A DNA stretch of 64,000 nucleotides from a virus, in the IMG/VR virus record IMGVR_UViG_3300034418_006037, positions 25,218 through 89,217 of that record; one strand, given 5' to 3'. The translations under genes were made by a program, and so were the position numbers. Under the pieces are notes generated by a model. That model made no database searches. It worked only from the letters and a program-made list of their open reading frames with translations, and had not been told where the DNA came from. Positions 10,419 through 18,488 of this stretch are shown here, piece by piece. Every line of letters begins with the position of its first letter. The stretch's first letter is position 1.

Positions 10419-10823
10419 ATGGAAAAGTTTAACGCAACTAACCGAGAGCTTCTGAACCTTTACAAAGGACTTGAAGCAGTAAAATCTATCAAAGGAGCAC
10501 GCTTTGCTGTTCTTGTTGGGAAGAATATTAAAGAACTCCGTAACATACTGGATCCGCTTGAACAGGCTGCTGTTCCTAGCATGGAGTTTCAGGAGCTGTC
10601 GGTAGAGATGCAAAAACTTATTGAGGCTGAAAATCAAGAAGCTATAGAAAATCTGGAGAAGGAAAACACTGAACTTATTGATCAGCGTAAGAGACAGCTT
10701 GCAGATGTAGAGGAGCTTCTAGATAATAAAATTGAGGTGTTTCTGCACCCCATCAGAGAAGACCAACTCCCTGATGAAATAACAGGGGAGCAAGTAGAAA
10801 AGCTCCTACAAATAATTGCCTAA
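10419..10823 (+). CDS. Helical acidic fibre-assembly chaperone-like protein (paralogue 1)
   Basis: 134 aa, E/K/L-rich and helical, directly after a fibre gene. Its layout resembles 20704-21087. Confidence 0.55.
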   Translation: MEKFNATNRELLNLYKGLEAVKSIKGARFAVLVGKNIKELRNILDPLEQAAVPSMEFQELSVEMQKLIEAENQEAIENLEKENTELIDQRKRQLADVEELLDNKIEVFLHPIREDQLPDEITGEQVEKLLQIIA

Positions 10824-11248
10824 TGGGTACCATCAACACAAGAATATCTATTCGCTCAAGCAATACTTTTAGAAACAGTATATCTCAACGTCACGACAGA
10901 ACATTCAATGTAGAATCTCAGATTGACTCAGCCACAAGGCTGATTAAAGCTACTACATCTGGTTCTCCGTATACTCTGTTTGACGGGGCAGATTTTTATG
11001 ACTCTGCTGAAACTGGGGCAGGTGCCAATCAGGTGTATGTGTTTATACGTAACACATCTACTACTGGGGGCAAGACTCTCACCATACAGTTCAACAAGAA
11101 CGGTGTGAGAGATGACGCCTTGCTTTTGAATGCTGGTGAGTTTGCAATGTTTCCATGGAAATGCGACGCAGCTACTGATGACATTGAAGTATTCTCCAAT
11201 GACGCCGCAGGAGTTAGAATCGAATACATTGCCTCCCCAATGCGATGA
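10823..11248 (+). CDS. Small beta-sandwich virion/decoration-like protein
   Basis: 141 aa with 'YVFIRNT...LLNAGEFAMFPW'. Coupled to the previous gene by a TAATG overlap. Confidence 0.45.
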   Translation: MGTINTRISIRSSNTFRNSISQRHDRTFNVESQIDSATRLIKATTSGSPYTLFDGADFYDSAETGAGANQVYVFIRNTSTTGGKTLTIQFNKNGVRDDALLLNAGEFAMFPWKCDAATDDIEVFSNDAAGVRIEYIASPMR

Positions 11249-11679
11249 GCGACAAGAAGAAACTACGCGATACCAAGGTTGGAGAGTGGCTAAAAGAAAA
11301 GGCCCCATCTGTCCTCGAAGTGGTCGGAGATGTACTCCCGGACCGCGGCGTATTGGGCGTAGTTAAAAATCTTGTAGATAAAGACCCAACGCTCGATAGT
11401 GAAAGCTTTCAAGCAGTTATGGACGCAGAAATTAAAGCTCAAGAGAATGTCACACGACGATGGGAAGCGGACGCGAAATCAGACGTTAAGCTTGCTAAGC
11501 TTATACGCCCTATTATGCTTGTTCTGCTATGTGTTTTCTTTATGGTGATGATGATTTGGGAAGGTATTGATCCCAACTTCAAACCACCTAGCAGCTATAT
11601 CAGCTTACTAGAGATACTAATGCTCACTGTATTCGGAGCATACTTTGCAGGCCGCACCGTAGAAAAAGTAAAGAAATGA
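11245..11679 (+). CDS. Holin-like membrane protein
   Basis: 'RWEADAKSD..LAKLIRP' is followed by two hydrophobic segments and 'FGAYFAGRTVEK', as in 3TM-holin-like families. Confidence 0.7.
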   Translation: MSDKKKLRDTKVGEWLKEKAPSVLEVVGDVLPDRGVLGVVKNLVDKDPTLDSESFQAVMDAEIKAQENVTRRWEADAKSDVKLAKLIRPIMLVLLCVFFMVMMIWEGIDPNFKPPSSYISLLEILMLTVFGAYFAGRTVEKVKK

Positions 11680-11918
11680 AAGATCCAAAGACACTTATCA
11701 CTTCAGCTGCAGGACTTCTCGTTGTAGGTATAGGCACTTGGCTTATAGCTACTACTGCTGACAGCACCGTAGAAATGGCTACGGCAGAGAAAGACATTGA
11801 ATCCATAATCATCAAGCTTGACGAAATTGAGGAAGATGTAGAAAAGCTGCAGTCACAGGTCAGAGAGCTCAAAGCTAGTGCACATACGCACGATAAACGG
11901 GGAAATGTAGTAGAATGA
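11676..11918 (+). CDS. Small membrane-anchored coiled-coil protein (lysis accessory?)
   Basis: N-terminal TM segment followed by a heptad-rich helix. ATGA overlaps on both sides. Confidence 0.5.
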   Translation: MKDPKTLITSAAGLLVVGIGTWLIATTADSTVEMATAEKDIESIIIKLDEIEEDVEKLQSQVRELKASAHTHDKRGNVVE

Positions 11919-13042
11919 CAATTGAAGATATAAAGGACTTCATCGGGGAGAGGCCTGGTTATCTGAAGAAGAGTGCGCAAGTACTTGCAGAAAGACTTGA
12001 CGCACCGATAGAAGACTGTGAAACAGCACTATACGAAGCTAGAACGCTAGCTCGTGGGAACTCAAATGAGAGCGATAACGTTATCACTGAGTTCCAAGAG
12101 TACCTTGACAAGAATGGAATCAAAACTTCAGACGTAGCTAGCGTAAAGTTTTGGCAGACAGTATCAGGTAAGCAGAGGTTCTCTGTAGTTACAAAGAGCG
12201 AATCTGTTAGTGTGCAAGATGTAAAGCAAGAGATAGAACGCTTTGCATCTAAGTATAGCCCTGAGGTACCACTCATAGAGCGTGAGCCTAAGCTCAAGCC
12301 TATTGCATATGAGATATCTCTACCTGATTTGCACTATGGTAAAGAGCATAGTCAATCTATAGATGAGGTTGAGGCTCAGTATATAGGTGTAGTGCATGAG
12401 CTGGTACGCAAAGCTGATGGTCTAGAGATAGACAAGTTCATACTCCCTATCGGGAATGACGGTATGAACTCTGAAGGGATGAGGAGAACTACCACAAAAG
12501 GAACACCTGTTGAGGAATCAGCAAGTTGGAAAGATACATTCCGTGGTTACTGGCTGCTTATGGTCAAAGCGATTGACTACTTGAAGCAGATAGCACCTGT
12601 GGATGTAATTGTGGTTTCTGGGAATCATGACTTCGAGCGTATGTTCTACGCAGGAGATGTGCTCTCAGGGTGGTATAGGTATGACCAAAATGTTCAAGTA
12701 GACAATAGCTATGAGAGCCGTAAGTACTACCAGTACGGAAAGAATATGCTGATGTTTACGCATGGAGATAAAGAAAAAGCTGCTGACATGCCACTGATCA
12801 TGGCGACGGAACAACCGGAGATGTTTGCACGTACTACTCACAGAGAGGTACACTGCGGCCATCTTCATAAAGAGATGGTAAATGAGTACAGAGGTATTAA
12901 GGTCAGGTTCATACCATCTATTTGTCCTAACGATGACTGGCACAAGCAGATGGGGTATGAAGCTAAACGAGCAGGACAAGCATATATATGGAATAAGCAA
13001 ACTGGACTTGAAGGATATCTACAGGCAAATGTTAGACTTTGA
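11915..13042 (+). CDS. Calcineurin-like metallophosphoesterase with N-terminal helical/HTH-like region
   Basis: Motifs DLH, GND, SGNHD, THGD and GHLH occur in the expected order. Confidence 0.85.
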   Translation: MTIEDIKDFIGERPGYLKKSAQVLAERLDAPIEDCETALYEARTLARGNSNESDNVITEFQEYLDKNGIKTSDVASVKFWQTVSGKQRFSVVTKSESVSVQDVKQEIERFASKYSPEVPLIEREPKLKPIAYEISLPDLHYGKEHSQSIDEVEAQYIGVVHELVRKADGLEIDKFILPIGNDGMNSEGMRRTTTKGTPVEESASWKDTFRGYWLLMVKAIDYLKQIAPVDVIVVSGNHDFERMFYAGDVLSGWYRYDQNVQVDNSYESRKYYQYGKNMLMFTHGDKEKAADMPLIMATEQPEMFARTTHREVHCGHLHKEMVNEYRGIKVRFIPSICPNDDWHKQMGYEAKRAGQAYIWNKQTGLEGYLQANVRL

Positions 13043-13319
13043 CGACACAGAAGACGAAGATCTCGTAACCTCTCTAGAAGAGGAAATAGAGATATTGGAT
13101 GAAGCATATCGAAATGCTTACAAGGTGATTACTGGGGCTATGTCCATCCAGCAACTCCTTGATGATGCAGATGATATGATATTTCTTCCATTCGATCCCG
13201 GTGTGCCTGAGACTTTCATGTTGATTGCAGATGATATGATACAATACTTCGAAGATGCAGAAGAGTACGAGAAGTGCTCTGAGATCATGAAGATCAAAGA
13301 TAAGTTAGATGACGCTTGA
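13029..13319 (+). CDS. Small acidic protein with C-terminal UVR (UvrB/UvrC)-like helix pair
   Basis: The ATG at 13029 is preferred over 12882, which would overlap the phosphoesterase heavily. C-terminus 'MIQYFEDAEEYEKCSEIMKIKDKL'. Confidence 0.6.
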   Translation: MLDFDDTEDEDLVTSLEEEIEILDEAYRNAYKVITGAMSIQQLLDDADDMIFLPFDPGVPETFMLIADDMIQYFEDAEEYEKCSEIMKIKDKLDDA

Positions 13320-13995
13320 TGAAATAGCATACAATCTACTCAACCTGGTACGTGGAGGACGTTCCAGCAATGATGAACATATATCTCTAGATCAGATAAA
13401 GTTCAACATCAAGCATTACCGTGCGATGTTTATTCGCAGGGACTATGCTCGTAATGGGTATGTATCTAAAACTCTAGAACAAGACCTTGGATGTCTAAAG
13501 CTTAAGCAAATAGATGCATCCAAGTGCTGCGACCTCCCTCCCACCTGTGTAGTATACAGGACAGTAGATAAGCTTCCCAAGACTATTAGATTTAATTTTA
13601 GGGATGCACTTACTTTTATAGGTAAACCTGATGGAACAGGTAGTATCCCAAGAGTAGAGCCTTATGAGGTAGAGTACTTGGAGTTCGAAAAATACACAAA
13701 AGGTCAGACTAGATATTACGTTATTGATGAGTATATTTACGTCTATAGACCGAAGGGTTTAGAAGCTATAAATGTTAGGGGAGTATTCGAGGACCCTGAA
13801 GAGGTATATAACTTTAATACCTGTAATGATGGTCCTTGTTATGATCCCCAATCTCCGTACCCGTTACCAGCGGATATGGTAGCTCAAATTAACCAAGGTA
13901 TCATGGCTGGAGAACTTAGAATGTTGGCAGGCTCTTTCCCTGATACTGAGAATGATAAACAGCAGGATAAGATTCCGCTTCAACAAGGACAATAA
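13309..13995 (+). CDS. crAss-like ring (tail connector) protein
   Basis: 'MTLDEIAYNL...QIKFNIKHYRAMFI...QDLGCL...INVRGVFEDPEEV...YPLP' is a characteristic Crassvirales structural protein pattern. Confidence 0.7.
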   Translation: MTLDEIAYNLLNLVRGGRSSNDEHISLDQIKFNIKHYRAMFIRRDYARNGYVSKTLEQDLGCLKLKQIDASKCCDLPPTCVVYRTVDKLPKTIRFNFRDALTFIGKPDGTGSIPRVEPYEVEYLEFEKYTKGQTRYYVIDEYIYVYRPKGLEAINVRGVFEDPEEVYNFNTCNDGPCYDPQSPYPLPADMVAQINQGIMAGELRMLAGSFPDTENDKQQDKIPLQQGQ

Positions 13996-14270
13996 TGGCA
14001 AGTAAAAGATTCAATACACCCCAAGATCAAACAGCTGCTGTAATGAGAGAGCAGGTTGGGGGATGCGGCGCTCAGGTAATAGGAGCAAGTTCAAATATAA
14101 ACGGTGACTTTGTAGCATTTACTCTTATAGCAGGAGATGATGTTAGTACGACTGGTAGTCCAGCTATGACAAGTTTGGATATACCTCCGGGAGTTACTGT
14201 GTTTGGGGCTATGACCAACATAACCACAGGAGCTGGAACAACTGTTATTGCATATTCTTCCTGTAAGTAA
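13995..14270 (+). CDS. Small beta-rich decoration-like protein
   Basis: 91 aa ending 'IPPGVTVFG..TNIT..GTTVIAY'. TAATG overlaps. Confidence 0.45.
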   Translation: MASKRFNTPQDQTAAVMREQVGGCGAQVIGASSNINGDFVAFTLIAGDDVSTTGSPAMTSLDIPPGVTVFGAMTNITTGAGTTVIAYSSCK

Positions 14271-14665
14271 TGTCTTCAAAGTATCACATCCGAAAAGATG
14301 GTAAGAAGGTGCGTAAAGGCCTTTGGTACAACATCAATAAGAAGAAAAAAGCTGGTACATCTAGACCTGGAAAAGGAACTGTGTCTGATGAAGCTATAAA
14401 AAGATCACAAGCCAAGTCAGGAGCTTGGACTCGTAAAGAAGGAAAGAATCCTAGCGGAGGTCTAAATGAGAAAGGTCGTAAGTCTTATGAGCGTGAGAAT
14501 CCTGGATCAGACCTTAAAGCACCACAACCTCAAGGAGGAAAGCGAAGAGATTCCTTCTGTGCACGCATGTGCGGAATGAAAAGAAGCCGAACCGGAGCTG
14601 AAGGAAAAAGAGACCCTAATTCAAGAATTAACAAAGCTCTTAGAGCCTGGAAATGTAATTGCTAA
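14270..14665 (+). CDS. Small basic two-module protein (DUF6321-like C-terminal module)
   Basis: A 'GLWYNINKKKK' module precedes 'AWTRKEGKNPSGGLNEKGRKSY...RRDSFCARM...ALRAWKC', which I recall from marine phages. The family label is unverified. Confidence 0.6.
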   Translation: MSSKYHIRKDGKKVRKGLWYNINKKKKAGTSRPGKGTVSDEAIKRSQAKSGAWTRKEGKNPSGGLNEKGRKSYERENPGSDLKAPQPQGGKRRDSFCARMCGMKRSRTGAEGKRDPNSRINKALRAWKCNC

Positions 14666-14877
14666 TGCCTGACTATTTATCTCACTTTGAGTTTTTGATG
14701 ATTGCTGGAGCACTTGTAGGAGTTTGGATCAAGCATCAAAATGATTACGCATCCCTTAAGAGTCGTGTTAAAACTCTTGAGTTGCGTAACGATAAAATAG
14801 ATACTGTTCTTAATCAGCTTGCTGAAGATATGGCTGAAATAAAATTATTGCTTGCTCGCAATCAAATGGATAGATGA
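14665..14877 (+). CDS. Small single-TM coiled-coil protein (holin/antiholin-like)
   Basis: The ATG at 14665 overlaps the previous stop (TAATG). A hydrophobic N-terminus is followed by the coiled coil 'LKSRVKTLE'. Confidence 0.5.
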   Translation: MPDYLSHFEFLMIAGALVGVWIKHQNDYASLKSRVKTLELRNDKIDTVLNQLAEDMAEIKLLLARNQMDR

Positions 14878-16772
14878 ATTCGTTTGTATTTACAAATAGC
14901 GATACCAATTCTTTTAATGTGGGGGTAGAGTCTTTCTCCCACTCAAATTACTATGCCCCAGGAGTTATAAGCCTATTCTTTAAGATAGAGAAGAAAGGTG
15001 GGGGAGGTACTACAGAAGTACGACTAAATACTGCAGTAGGAGACGAAGTTGCTGCAATGAATGATATCAGTAGAAGAATGTTTTCTCGCGACAAAGGCAG
15101 GGAAATGGTCTACAGAGATACAGGAATAATAAGAGAAGTAAGAAATTATAGAGGTCTAAGACTCGTCAGTGTAGGATCTGAGTATGACTCCCCATTCGTG
15201 ACAGGCGTAGATTCTATAACTGATACTGATCCTACACCAGCAACTGTTGCTGCGGGCGTACCATTAGAAGGTAAACCTGGGCAAATAATAGTAAAGTCGT
15301 CAAACACTGACTACGACACTACTTGGAGATTCCTAAGTTCTACAGTAACAGGAGATCAACTTGTTGCAGCACTAGAAGCAATAACAGCAGGAGATCCTGT
15401 ATATATACATAGTGCAGATGCAGACTACATATATGTAAAGATTGCAGATGCAGATGATGCTACAGCAATGCCTTGTGTGGGAGTAGCTAACTCAACTGTT
15501 TCTTACGGAGACAGTGTAGATATTACTACTCACGGACTTCTAGACGTAGAGATATTTGGGTATACCAGTGTAAGCGTTGGGGACATCCTGTATGTAAGTG
15601 ATGCAGGTGATCTTACAACAACAAGACCTACATCTAGCACAGCTAAAGTGCAAAATGTAGGTGTTGTAACTCAGGTAAACTCAGCTGGAACTACCATAGA
15701 ACAGATAATGGTTCATCTGCAAGGGCATGAAGAAATGGTCCCGAATCTTGCAGATGGAGCTATATTCCTTGGAGGAGTGGCAAATCAGATATCCCCATAC
15801 ACATTCCCCCTGTCAGACGGTACTGCTAACCAAGTACTTACCACAGATGGATCAGGAAGTCTAAGTTTTACAAATGTCAGCGGTGGCGGTGGCGGTGGGG
15901 GAGGAACTATAGACTCTAATCTGTCAGTTACTAATAGTATAGGAGATGCTGTAGTAGGAACTACTTATAGTTCAGGTACAGACCTTGAAGATATAATTAG
16001 AGATATACTTGCTCCGTTCACTGAACCTACAATAGTATCTACAGTACCATCTAGCAGCAATACAAACCTTATAGAGGGTAACAACATTATATTCCCAACG
16101 GGGCAAACAAGTACGATAGACAGTTACACTGTAACTGTGACAGACTTTGGAAACCTTGAAGACGGAGTATCAATTGTAAATACCAGTGTTCAACCAAGCG
16201 GAGAAGACATAGAAGTTAATGCTTCCTATGTCTGGACTGGAAATTCAGCTACATTCTCTAGTCTTAGTTATAGTCCTACTGTACAAACTTCCCATGGAGC
16301 AGCTGCGACTGTAACATTTACTTTGTCTTACTTAAGTAACAATGGTGCGGGAAGTGCAGTTAATTTGACAAGCACAGCATCAATAATATTTAGAGACGAG
16401 TTCTATGTTGTAGCAAGCTCAACAGGGAACACAGTAACTGTTAGTGGTTTGCTAGGGGATTCAGTTGTGCATAACAGTTTAGGATTAGCTAACGTAGCAT
16501 CTCAGACACACGACTTCGATTGCAGTTCAGACACTGTTAATAATTCTAACTTCACATATTTGATTATTCCTGCTATCTTTACTATACAAGAAATAGCAGC
16601 AAGTGTATCAGGAAGAGGAGTAGCAGACTATACTGACAGTTTTGAACTACTTGGTAGTAGTTACAGCTATACTGCAGGAAGTGCTTCTAGGACATATAAA
16701 ATATACAAAAGCAGGCAAACAGGTGCATTTGACAGCGACGTAAGCCTACATCTAACAATCTCAAAACCATAA
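14874..16772 (+). CDS. Multi-domain fibre/spike protein
   Basis: 632 aa with a cement-like domain ('ADADDATAMPCVGVA...GDILYVS'), the fibre motif 'DGTANQVLTTDGSG', a poly-Gly linker and Ig-like C-terminal strands. Confidence 0.65.
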   Translation: MNSFVFTNSDTNSFNVGVESFSHSNYYAPGVISLFFKIEKKGGGGTTEVRLNTAVGDEVAAMNDISRRMFSRDKGREMVYRDTGIIREVRNYRGLRLVSVGSEYDSPFVTGVDSITDTDPTPATVAAGVPLEGKPGQIIVKSSNTDYDTTWRFLSSTVTGDQLVAALEAITAGDPVYIHSADADYIYVKIADADDATAMPCVGVANSTVSYGDSVDITTHGLLDVEIFGYTSVSVGDILYVSDAGDLTTTRPTSSTAKVQNVGVVTQVNSAGTTIEQIMVHLQGHEEMVPNLADGAIFLGGVANQISPYTFPLSDGTANQVLTTDGSGSLSFTNVSGGGGGGGGTIDSNLSVTNSIGDAVVGTTYSSGTDLEDIIRDILAPFTEPTIVSTVPSSSNTNLIEGNNIIFPTGQTSTIDSYTVTVTDFGNLEDGVSIVNTSVQPSGEDIEVNASYVWTGNSATFSSLSYSPTVQTSHGAAATVTFTLSYLSNNGAGSAVNLTSTASIIFRDEFYVVASSTGNTVTVSGLLGDSVVHNSLGLANVASQTHDFDCSSDTVNNSNFTYLIIPAIFTIQEIAASVSGRGVADYTDSFELLGSSYSYTAGSASRTYKIYKSRQTGAFDSDVSLHLTISKP

Positions 16773-16775
16773 GAC

Positions 16776-18473
16776 ATGGCAATTAAATTCGGAGATACTC
16801 TAGAGAATCAAAACTCAGCGTATCCTATTGTTGATGCCTCAGGCAACAACCTAAAAGGTGTTATTTTTAGTACAGGCCTACCGGCAGCTGGCGACTTCCC
16901 TAACAAACGAGCTAATGGTGCTATTCTGATTGATACTACTAATGACAAAGTCTATGTGTATCAAAACTCTGATTTAGAAAATTTGGCATGGTCAACAGCT
17001 TCAAACTGGGAGCAGATCGGAAAAGCAAGTGATGTATTTCAAACAAGTGATATTAATTACTCTATCGGCAGCAACACCTTCGGCACGCTGACTGGTAGTG
17101 GTACCATTACCGCATCTTCTGCAACACCCAAGACTGCTTTGCAAATTATAAATGAAGTGCTGGTTTCTTACCAGGAACCCACCGGAGGCTTTGCAGGCAC
17201 TGAGGGCAGCGTTGCTTATGATACTACCACTCAAACTAAAAATCATACTGTAACATTCAATGTGACAAACTTGAATCAATCAGTTGTAGACGGCAATAAC
17301 TACGCTATTAGTGAAATTAAGCTATGGAGACGCCTAGGTTCTAACGCTTACTCAGAAGTAGCTAATGCTACATCTTCAGTAAATGATTTTAATACTGGAA
17401 CATTTAGTGATTTAAATACAGCTGGAACTCCGACAGCAGAGACTTTCACATTTAATGACTCTTTTTCAGTACTATCTGGTAGTGCTGATTTCAACTACAA
17501 AGTTGAAATATACCCGTTAGACGGAAATGGGTCTGCAGCAACTACTGTCACAATAACTGGTACAGATGCTCAAAACGCTAGTGGTTATGTCAACTGCGCT
17601 GCTTATAATGCTCCACAACTTACTTCAGACTCGTTTACTCGAGAAGATACCTCGTCTCACTTTGTAGCAGGATCATCTGGTAACCAAGGAACGGAAACAG
17701 CCGTTCGCAGGGAAAAGGGAAATGTAGCTACAAAGCTGAACTTTAAGGTCCAGAACGATAGCTCCTTAGTGCCTATTACAAGCTTTGTTGTTAAGCGCAG
17801 CATTGATGGGGCAGCTGGGGTTGCTATTTATAGTGAAACTGGTTTATCAATTACAGGGACCTCATCTGAATATAAAATCTTTGACTCTATCTCAACTACT
17901 ACAGGAAACATTACTGGGTTGAACGATGTTCCAACAGGCTATACTGTAGTGACTTCAGCATTTCCAAGTGCAGATACAGATTGTGATACAGTTACGTACA
18001 CAGTAGAGATTACAGATGATGAGACAACCACTACTGATTCGCTTGCTACTGGTGAGATTAACTTTGAGTTCCCCGGTTTGATTGGGTATGGAACTACAGA
18101 CTGCGACGGATTTGATTCAACCGATAACTCTACTATGACCACCTTGCTGCATGCTATTAGAGACAATTCAGGGAATCGAGCGCAGTACGAAATCATCAGC
18201 ACTGCTGATAACCTTTCCGGAGTAGACGCAGATTTTGGAGTTGTGGCATTGTCTACAACCGCCAGTCAATTTGTATACATCGGCCACCCTGCCGCTTTAG
18301 ATACAATTGATACAATTAATGACCCTGGAGGTACACCATCTTATGGCGCTTTTGGAAGTGCCCCAAGATCTACCACGGTACCATTTACAACTCATTACGG
18401 AGTAGCAGGAACTTATGAGTTTTATGCTTCTAACTCAGCTGGATCGTTTAGTGGTAATTATACTATTAACTAA
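16776..18473 (+). CDS. Fibre/spike protein (MAIK family, copy 1)
   Basis: 565 aa with S/T-rich beta domains. Its N-terminus is homologous to that of 21068-22621. Confidence 0.6.
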   Translation: MAIKFGDTLENQNSAYPIVDASGNNLKGVIFSTGLPAAGDFPNKRANGAILIDTTNDKVYVYQNSDLENLAWSTASNWEQIGKASDVFQTSDINYSIGSNTFGTLTGSGTITASSATPKTALQIINEVLVSYQEPTGGFAGTEGSVAYDTTTQTKNHTVTFNVTNLNQSVVDGNNYAISEIKLWRRLGSNAYSEVANATSSVNDFNTGTFSDLNTAGTPTAETFTFNDSFSVLSGSADFNYKVEIYPLDGNGSAATTVTITGTDAQNASGYVNCAAYNAPQLTSDSFTREDTSSHFVAGSSGNQGTETAVRREKGNVATKLNFKVQNDSSLVPITSFVVKRSIDGAAGVAIYSETGLSITGTSSEYKIFDSISTTTGNITGLNDVPTGYTVVTSAFPSADTDCDTVTYTVEITDDETTTTDSLATGEINFEFPGLIGYGTTDCDGFDSTDNSTMTTLLHAIRDNSGNRAQYEIISTADNLSGVDADFGVVALSTTASQFVYIGHPAALDTIDTINDPGGTPSYGAFGSAPRSTTVPFTTHYGVAGTYEFYASNSAGSFSGNYTIN

Positions 18474-18488
18474 TAATACCTAGAAACT

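Noticed and set aside
12882-13028. Longer 145-aa start for the acidic UVR-like protein
   Set aside because: It would overlap the phosphoesterase by about 160 nt. The ATG at 13029 gives a compact, compositionally uniform protein.
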